From Micromonas pusilla (lineage: Eukaryota): DNA of 32,000 nucleotides. Location: positions 1,244,056-1,276,055 of the forward strand of contig GG663738.1 in the NCBI GenBank assembly GCA_000151265.1, read 5' to 3'. Each line of letters starts with the position of its first letter. Positions within the stretch are counted from its first letter, which is position 1. Position numbers and translations under genes: made by a program. The notes beneath the pieces are model-generated. The model was given only the letters and a program-made list of their open reading frames with translations. It was not told the origin of the DNA and did not search any database. Below are positions 25,334 through 32,000 of the stretch, piece after piece.

Positions 25334-28300
25334 ATGCAGAGCCTGCTGTCGCCCAGCATGATGCTGCGCTCGGGCGTCGCGCTCTGTCGCAGCGCCGGGT
25401 GCGTCTCTCTCCGTCCTCGAATCCTCCACCGAACGCGACGCCCTCGCGCGCGCGACCCTCCGCGAAATTTATCCACCCTCCACGCGTCCTGACGACGACG
25501 ACGTCATCCGTCCTCCTCCGCAGGCTGCGTCGCACCGGGGTGCTCGCGAACCGCAAAGACGGCGTCCTCAACGCGCGCGTCGTCCGTCCCGTCACCGTCA
25601 CCGCCGCGGCCGCGGCCGCGTCAACGACAACCTCGGTCGCGAGCGGGGAGTCGTCCATGAGGGACGCGGACGGGAAGGACATCTCCGGCGCGGGGATCCG
25701 TCGTCGATTCTTGGAGTTTTACGAGGCGCGCGACCACGCGCGGCTGCCGTCGTCCTCGCTCGTCCCGGAAGACCCCACGGTTCTGCTCACGATCGCGGGG
25801 ATGCTCCAGTTTAAGCCCGTGTTCATGGGCCAAGAGGAGAGGAAAGTGCCGACCGCGACGACGACGCAGAAGTGCGTGAGAACGAACGACATCGAAAACG
25901 TCGGCGTCACCGCGAGGCATCACACGTTCTTCGAGATGCTCGGGAACTTTTCGTTCGGGGATTACTTCAAGAAAGAAGCCATCGCGTGGGCGTGGGAGAT
26001 CTCCACGAAGGAGTACGGCCTGGACGCGTCCCGGATCTGGATCAGCGTGTTCAGAGAGGACGACGAGGCGTACGCGATCTGGCGCGACGAGATCGGCATC
26101 CCGGAGAATCGAATCAAACGCATGGACGAGGCGGATAATTTCTGGGCCGCGGGGCCGACCGGTCCGTGCGGGCCGTGCTCGGAGCTGTACTGGGACTTCC
26201 ACCCGGAGCGCGGCGTCGACGGGAGCGAAGATTTAGACGACGACTCGCGGTTCATCGAGTTTTACAACTTGGTCTTCATGGAGTCCGTGCGCGACACGGA
26301 TGGGAACATGAAACCGCTCAAACGCAAGAACATCGACACCGGGATGGGGCTCGAGCGCATGGCGCAGATCCTTCAGGGAAAGCCGAACAACTACGAGACG
26401 GACCTCATCCGCCCGATCATCGACGCCGCGGCGTCCATGGCTGGGATCTCGTACGACGACGCGGACGACGCGACGAAGCTCAAGCTGAAAGTCATCGGCG
26501 ATCACACGCGCGCGGTGTGCTATCTCATCTCCGACGGCGTCCTTCCCTCGAACGTCGGCCGCGGATACATCGTCCGTCGGCTTTTACGACGCGTCGTTCG
26601 ATGCGGGCGTTTGCTCGGGGTGAAAGCTCCGGACGGCGCGGGCGCGTTCACGCCCGCGATCGCGCGCGTCGCGATCGGTCTCAGCGAAGCGTGCGACGCG
26701 AACGTCTTGAAATCGTCGCAAAAAATTTGCGACGAGCTCGAACGCGAGGAACTGCGGTTCGCGACGACGCTCGGCAGGGGCGAGGAGATCCTCGCGGACA
26801 TGCTCGCGGCGGCGAAGACGAAGGACGCGAATGCGCCGAAGCTCACGGGCGAGGACGCCTTCACGCTGTACGACACGTACGGCTTCCCGCTGGACATCAC
26901 GACGGACGTCGCGACCGAGGCGGGCGTCGACGTCGACGTCGATGGGTTCGAGAAGGCGATGGCGGCCGCGCGGGACCTGAGCCGCGACGCGCGCGTCGCC
27001 GTGGACGTCACGGTCGGGGATCTCCTCGGCGCGATCGCGGACGAGCTCGGGGAGCCGACGAGGTTCACCGGATACGGAAGCGTCACCGAGGAGGGCGTAA
27101 AGGTGCGCGCGCTGTTGAAGGGCGGCGAGCGCGTCGCGAGCGCGGGCGCGGGGGACACCGTGGAGGTGGTGTTGGACGCCACGCCGTTTTACGCCGAGGG
27201 CGGCGGGCAAGTCGGCGACGAGGGCGAGATCATCCTGAGCGACGACCGCGGGAAGCTCGTCGTCGGGGACTGCCGGAAAGCCGCGGGAGGGAGGCTCTTC
27301 GTGCACTCGTGCGTCGTGAGCGAAGGCGTCGTCGGCGAGGGCGACGCCGTCACCGCGACAGTCTCCGCGGCGTCGCGACGCCGCGCCAAGGCGAATCACA
27401 CGGCGACGCACCTGCTTCAGTCCGCGCTGAAGATGACGATCGGCGAGGACGTCTCCCAAGCCGGGTCGCTCGTGAACTTCGAGCGCCTGCGGTTCGACTT
27501 CAACGCCCCGAGCGCGCCGACGCCGGAGGAGCTCGCGCGCGTCGAATCCCTCGTGAACGGTTGGATCGGCGACGCGATCGACCTCACCGCGGAGGAGATG
27601 GCGATCTCGCGGGCGAAGGAGAAGGGCGCGACGGCGATGTTTGGCGAAAAGTACGGCGACGTCGTCCGCGTCGTCGACGTCCCCGGCGTGTCCATGGAGC
27701 TGTGCGGCGGCACGCACGTGAAGAACACCGCGGAGATTGGCGGGTTTAAAATCCTGTCCGAGTCCGGGATCGCGGCCGGCGTGCGAAGGATCGAGGCCGT
27801 GTCCGGGCCCGGGGTCGTCGATCTGCTTCAGGAGCGCGACGGCACCGTGAAGGCGCTCGCGGGGTCGCTCAGGGTGCCGCCGGAGGAGATCGCCGGGCGC
27901 GTCAGCGCGCTGATGGAAGACTTGAAGACGTCGCAGAAGGAGGCGGAGGCGCTGCGCGGCGAGCTCGCGGTCGCGAAGGCGACCGCGCTCGCGTCTCAGG
28001 CGATCGACGCTCCCGGCGGCGCGAAGGTTCTCGTCGCGCGCATGGACGGCGTCGACCCGGCGGCGTTGAAAGCGGCGGCGGAGAGCCTCGTCGCCGCGCT
28101 CGGGGACGACGTCGCCGTCGTCCTCGGCAGCGGCGGCGACGACGGGAAGGTTGGCCTCGTGGCGTCCTTCACGGAGGGGGTGCAGAAAGCTGGGGGGTTG
28201 AAAGCCGGCGTCGTCCTCGGCGCCACCGCGAAGGCGTGCGGCGGCGGCGGCGGCGGGAAGCCGGGGTTCGCGCAAGCGGGCGGGAGAGACGCGAGCGCGT

Positions 28301-28356
28301 TGGACGCCGCGCTAGAGGACGCCAAGAAGACGATCGTCGACGCGCTTTCGAAATAG
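25334..28356 (+). CDS. Alanyl-tRNA synthetase, bacterial/organellar type, 2 exons: 25334-25398 and 25524-28356 (965 aa)
   Basis: RRRFLEFYEARDHARLPSSSLVPEDPTVLLTIAGMLQFKPVF, KCVRTNDIENVG, HHTFFEMLGNFSFGDYFK, GPCGPCSELYWD, the editing-domain HTATHLL and ELCGGTHV, and a C-terminal DHHA1-like GGGGGKPGFAQAGG. The track start at 25150 is GTG. The only in-frame ATG within exon 2 ahead of the catalytic domain would remove any presequence. Confidence 0.9.
25399..25523 (+). other. AlaRS intron (125 nt, phase 2)
   Basis: Exon 1 reads MQSLLSPSMMLRSGVALCRSAG. Donor CCGG|GTGCGT, branch TCCTGACGA, pyrimidine tract, and acceptor CTCCGCAG|G. It joins in frame to LRRTGVLANRK... Confidence 0.7.
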
Positions 28357-28494
28357 CTTTAAGAGGAGTCACCTCAACGTAACGCGCGCGTCGTGTCGTG
28401 TGCTTCGTTCGATTCGTTCGTCGTTTCGCGTATGTATTGCATTTCACGCGAATCACGCGCAGCACAGCGCGTCACCACCTCCCTCGCGCCCTAC

Positions 28495-29529
28495 CTACTG
28501 CGGCGCGGTGATGATGACGTCGTGCGCGGACAACAGCTGCGACAGCGCCGCGTGGTACGCCGCCTCGTCGTCGTGCAGCGGGCAATTATGCGCGCACTTG
28601 TACACGTGGCCCGGGTCGAATATCTGACTCTTCGCCGCGTGCGGGCACGCGCACAGCGGCGGGAGCGTCACGCGTTTCCTGGCCAGCTGCGCGCGGACGC
28701 TGTCCTGCAGCGCCGTCGTGTACCGCGCCGCCTTTTTCGCCTTGGCCGACTCGCGCTTCCGCTCGCGTTTCATTCGCTCCGCCTCCGCCTTGGCGTACTC
28801 CCGCGCGCGTCTTCGGTTCGCCTCCGCGTCTACGCTCCCTCGTTTCGCCTCTTCCCTGTGTCTATCCTCCGCGGCGGTGAACGCGTTGTTCTCCTCGGTG
28901 AAGTCGGTGGCCGCGGCGACTTCTTGGAGGCGTCTCTCTTCCCTCGCGCGTTCCGCGTGTTTCATCTTTTCCCTCGCCGCCGCCGCCGCCGCGCGCTCGC
29001 GGCTCGCGTACGCCTCCTTCGCCGCCCTGACGCGGTCAGGCCCGGACGCCGAGCTCACCGCGGCGGACCCCCCCGCGCCGCCGCCTCGTCCGCCGCCGGA
29101 CGCGAGCGGCCGCGTCTGATTCAAGAGCGCCTGATGCGACGACCGCACGCCGGACGCCTTCGACACCATCAAAAGCTCCAGCGCCGACGGCGGCTCCGTC
29201 CGCGGCGCCCGCGTCGCGTTCGCGACGGTGGGGTCGCCTAACACGAGGTCGATGTCCGTCAACTCGCGCGCGAGCTGCTCCGCGGCGCTCGTCCGCGCCG
29301 TCTCCGTCTCGTTCACGCGCCTGCGAAGCGAGTCTTGGAACGATCTCAACCGCTGCTCCTTGAGCTTCTTCATCGCCGTCGCGCGCTCGACCGCGGCGAA
29401 CGCGGACTCCGCGACGTCGTCCGACGTCGTCGCGTAGGGCGCGTTTAAAGTGGACGCGTGCCTCGTCACCCGGTGCGGGACGTTGTGCGACGGCACGTTG
29501 CACTCGACGTTCAGCGTCGCCGCGGCCAT
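28495..29529 (-). CDS. Coiled-coil protein of unknown family with a Cys/His-rich C-terminal motif
   Basis: 344-aa ORF with a true ATG (29527-29529) and high GC3. The middle is charged coiled coil. The C-terminus reads LPPLCACPHAAKSQIFDPGHVYKCAHNCPLHDDEAAYHAALSQLL. Confidence 0.7.
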   Translation of the reverse strand: MAAATLNVECNVPSHNVPHRVTRHASTLNAPYATTSDDVAESAFAAVERATAMKKLKEQRLRSFQDSLRRRVNETETARTSAAEQLARELTDIDLVLGDPTVANATRAPRTEPPSALELLMVSKASGVRSSHQALLNQTRPLASGGGRGGGAGGSAAVSSASGPDRVRAAKEAYASRERAAAAAAREKMKHAERAREERRLQEVAAATDFTEENNAFTAAEDRHREEAKRGSVDAEANRRRAREYAKAEAERMKRERKRESAKAKKAARYTTALQDSVRAQLARKRVTLPPLCACPHAAKSQIFDPGHVYKCAHNCPLHDDEAAYHAALSQLLSAHDVIITAPQ

Positions 29530-30076
29530 GGTGGACGGACGGACAGGACGGGGGCGAACGCGTCTGATGAGGCTTCCTTCGCCGCCCTCCGCGTCTTCAC
29601 GCCGCGGTCGCTTTCGACTCGAGGACGAGGAGCGCGGCGACGACGATGACGACGAGACGACGACGACGACGACGACGACGACGAAGACGGAGGGTGCTCC
29701 ACCTCTCGCACGCGCCGTGCGCTCGCGCGTCCTCGGATGACGCCCCCTTCCCGCGCCCGAAAAGAGTTCGAACTTCGCGTCGTTTTCCCCTCCAAAATTT
29801 TATGTTTTTTTTCGCACTGGTCTCGCGTGCGTTTCGTGACATGAGAAATTTCTCTTTTTTTGTACTCGTTTTTTCGTATGCGATTCAGTCATTATCGACG
29901 TACAACGTACTACATTCAGCCGACCGTTTTCTTTCCTTTCCCTACGCCGCGCGCCTGCGCGGGGGATGGTTCTTCGAGCCGTAGCGGGGAGCGATCGAGT
30001 TGAGGCCCGCGACGCGCGCGGGTTCGGCGTCATTGCGACGACGCGCGACTCCCCGTGGTAACAACTTCCGAACGCG

Positions 30077-31145
30077 ATGCCTCAGATTCAGTACTCCGAG
30101 AAGTACTACGACGACATCTACGAGTACAGGTGCGCACGCGCGCGCTCGCGGCGTCGTTTCGTGCGACGTCCCGATGCCGGGATTTAAGCGCTCGCGCGCG
30201 CGCGCGCGCGAACGCCGCGAGGTTTTTCCCTCCGGTGCAGCGCGCGAGCGCGACGGTTCCGAGATCGTTCTCGACGCGTCCGCGCGGCGTGTTCCTCGAT
30301 TGCGACGTGACAGACGACTTCGCGCGGAACCGGGGCGATCGCGCGCGTCGGCCTCGCCGTCGCCGACGGTTTCCCCGCGCGCGGGTGCACGCGCGACGCT
30401 CGAATCTCGACCACCGAAATCGCGAACTGACCCCTCTGCGCTTTCGTCCCTCGCTCTCCTCACCCAGGCACGTCGTGCTCCCGCCCGACATCGCCAAGCT
30501 CTTGCCGAAGGGTCGTCTCCTGTCCGAGGTGCGTTCGCTGGCCGATACCCCGATCACGTCGTCCCCGAGCGCGGTTTTCCGTCGTCGCATCTCGCGTCGT
30601 CGGGAAATCTTCGAAGCGGCGTCTTTTTTTGAAGTTCTTCTGGCGCCTTCCTCCGTCGCGTCCGCGCGCTGACGATCGCGATCCCCGTCCTCTGCAGTCC
30701 GAATGGCGCGGCCTCGGCGTGCAGCAGTCGCGCGGTTGGGTGCACTACGCGATCCACCGCCCGGAGCCGCACATCATGCTCTACAGGTGCGAACGACGCT
30801 CGCCGCCGCCCTCCCCCTCGAAGCGTCGTCGTTTGTTTGCTCTTCGCGCGCGCGCGCGCGCGCGATTTCCCTCCGCGTCCCGCGCCCGCGATCGCGCGCG
30901 CGGGGGCGTCCCCGCGAGAACGAACCCGGCGGATCGCTCGATCGGAGGCTTTTTCATCGCGACGCGACGCGGCGTCGAGACCGGCGCGACCCGGCGCGCG
31001 TCCACCGCGCGCGTCCCCCCCCATGGCGCGATTCGCTCACGATCTGACGACCGACCTTTTCGATCCGTCCTCGACTCGCAGGCGACCTCTCAACTACGGC
31101 CAGCCCGCGCTGACGGACGCGGGGAACAAGGCGAACCAGCAGTGA
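30077..31145 (+). CDS. CKS1: Cyclin-dependent kinase regulatory subunit CKS1, 4 exons: 30077-30129, 30468-30528, 30698-30786 and 31082-31145 (88 aa)
   Basis: The spliced product is [88 protein letters not shown], a near-perfect match to the universally conserved CKS core. The exon lengths sum to 267 nt (89 codons). Confidence 0.9.
30130..30467 (+). other. CKS1 intron 1 (338 nt, phase 2)
   Basis: Donor CAG|GTGCGC, branch AACTGACCC and acceptor CACCCAG|G. Confidence 0.85.
30529..30697 (+). other. CKS1 intron 2 (169 nt, phase 0)
   Basis: Donor GAG|GTGCGT, branch CGCTGACGA and acceptor CTCTGCAG|T. Confidence 0.85.
30787..31081 (+). other. CKS1 intron 3 (295 nt, phase 2)
   Basis: Donor CAG|GTGCGA, branch ATCTGACGA and acceptor CTCGCAG|G. 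Confidence 0.85.
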
Positions 31146-31325
31146 GCATCTCGCGTCGCGCGCGGGGAGGGCGACGTGGAGCCCTGAGGCGCGCGTTGGG
31201 ATGGGCGTGAGCGACCACGGGTGCTCACGAGGCGTCGACTGACGCGGGCGCGCGCGAAACGAAACGAAACGCGCGGCGGCGGCGGCGGTCGACGCGGGAG
31301 ACGAGACGGGCGGGCGCGTTGTGTG

Positions 31326-31349
31326 ACGACGACGACGACGACGACGACG
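31326..31349. repeat. (GAC)8 microsatellite in the convergent 3' spacer
   Basis: Direct reading. Confidence 0.9.
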
Positions 31350-31693
31350 ATATGAGAAATTCGGCGTCAGCGGGATGTTCTTGGCGAAGGGTGAGCGCGA
31401 GGAAGCCTCGCGCGGACCCGCGAGGGTTGGGCGACGAAACCGAAACGTAGCTGGCTGGAGTAGCACCAGACTTTTCTGCACGCTTAGTTGCAATACGACG
31501 AGCGATTCTATTGCATTCGCGAACGCGTCTCGCGCGCGCGCGCGTCGAGACGTACAGTAATGCAATTCAAGGACGGGCGTCGCATTACAAGTATTCCCTC
31601 GTCCCCGACGTCTCTTCGTCCGTTTCTAATATCTTACGTACACGCCGTCGAACTCCTCCGCGTCTGACTGCTTCTCTCCTCTCTCTTCTCTTC

Positions 31694-32000
31694 TCACACC
31701 TGATCCGCCGCCCTGGCCGCATACGGCGACGCTGGCTGCGACGTCGCCTCCCCGCCCGCGTACGGGGACTTGTACGGGGATTCGTACGCCGCCGCCGCGG
31801 GCTGCGCCGGGGCCGCCGCCGCGACCGCCGGGGCCGCGACCACCGCGCCGCCCGCTTGCGCCGGCGCCTGCGCCGGGTAATCCTTCGGCGTGTCCGTGGG
31901 CGGGTAGTTGTTCGAGATCGGGAGGTCGCCGAAGTTCAGATCCCACATCTTCGACCAGATGAGGATCTGGAACGGCCGCATGATGAACAGGATGCACATC
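31694..32000 (-). CDS. 3' end of an unidentified gene: a hydrophobic segment followed by a Pro/Ala/Tyr-rich tail; it continues beyond the window
   Basis: The frame reads ...CILFIMRPFQILIWSKMWDLNFGDLPISNNYPPTDTPKDYPAQAP...SPYAARAADQV with stop TGA at 31694-31696 and strongly GC3-biased codons. The overlapping 31626-31997 frame is Gly/Arg-rich and looks like junk. Confidence 0.55.
   Translation of the reverse strand, partial: MCILFIMRPFQILIWSKMWDLNFGDLPISNNYPPTDTPKDYPAQAPAQAGGAVVAAPAVAAAAPAQPAAAAYESPYKSPYAGGEATSQPASPYAARAADQV

Noticed and set aside
24199-25476. 425-aa version of the SDF2-like ORF, and the GTG-initiated 1068-aa version of the AlaRS ORF (25150-28356)
   Set aside because: The upstream extensions overlap each other in the divergent promoter, are Arg-rich, and in the AlaRS case depend on a GTG start. 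The SDF2-like protein has an obvious signal peptide at the internal Met (25026).
29036-29157. Candidate intron (GGC|GTGCGG ... CCTGACCGCGTCAG) covering the Gly-rich segment of the coiled-coil gene
   Set aside because: It is 122 nt long, which is not a multiple of 3, although both flanks lie in one open frame. The interior is G-rich rather than pyrimidine-rich, and the branch motif is only 8 nt from the AG.
1630-31081. The possibility that the introns are copies of Micromonas introner elements
   Set aside because: Apart from the donor, branch and acceptor motifs, the nine introns share no extended similarity that I could see, and their lengths vary (125-338 nt). A genome-wide BLAST of each intron would settle this.
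1-32000. A prokaryotic reading of the window (operons, RBS, Rho-independent terminators, defence islands)
   Set aside because: Several genes are exclusively eukaryotic (eIF5, CBP80, CKS1, ARL6, SDF2, PRA1, CFAP-like). Spliceosomal introns are required to reconstruct conserved proteins. Genes alternate strands with presequence-bearing products.

Overview
This window is very GC-rich, gene-dense eukaryotic nuclear DNA, not a prokaryotic locus. Several things point to a mamiellophycean green alga, most likely Micromonas. This is an inference and needs a database search to confirm. The pointers are: plastid-targeted proteins, flagellar/BBSome genes, eIF5, CBP80 and CKS1; strong GC3 codon bias; very short intergenic spacers; and short introns with G|GTGCG donors and CTGAC branch sites. 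I can support 20 protein-coding genes (2 cut by the window edges) and one intron-containing tRNA-Met gene.

Genes from left to right:
- EF-G 3' end (+)
- HAD-like hydrolase (-)
- eIF5 (+)
- dephospho-CoA kinase (-)
- PDZ-like plastid protein (+)
- TGD4-like beta-barrel (-)
- lumenal pentapeptide-repeat protein (+)
- F-box/ankyrin-like 27-aa repeat protein (+)
- aspartate ammonia-lyase (+)
- CBP80/NCBP1 (-)
- ARL6/BBS3 (+)
- CFAP43/44-like WD40 + coiled-coil giant (-)
- tRNA-Met(CAT) (+)
- mS26-like coiled-coil protein (+)
- PRA1-family protein (+)
- SDF2-like MIR protein (-)
- organellar-type alanyl-tRNA synthetase (+)
- coiled-coil protein with a Cys/His C-terminus (-)
- CKS1 (+)
- 3' end of an unidentified gene (-)

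The ORF track misleads in several places. It uses GTG/TTG starts, reads through in-frame introns, splits CBP80 in two, and misses the 4-exon CKS1 gene and the first micro-exons of eIF5, AlaRS, CBP80 and the CFAP-like gene. I inferred nine spliceosomal introns from homology plus shared splice signals.

I found no CRISPR array, recognisable transposon, prophage or operon-like system. The most unusual items are:
- a tRNA-Met gene with a 129-nt intron
- an 81-nt-period ankyrin-like repeat array cut short by a TGG->TAG change
- a bacterial-type aspartase
- a recurrent TACTGTA motif in 3' intergenic regions

All functional calls rest on motif and family recognition from memory. No searches were run.
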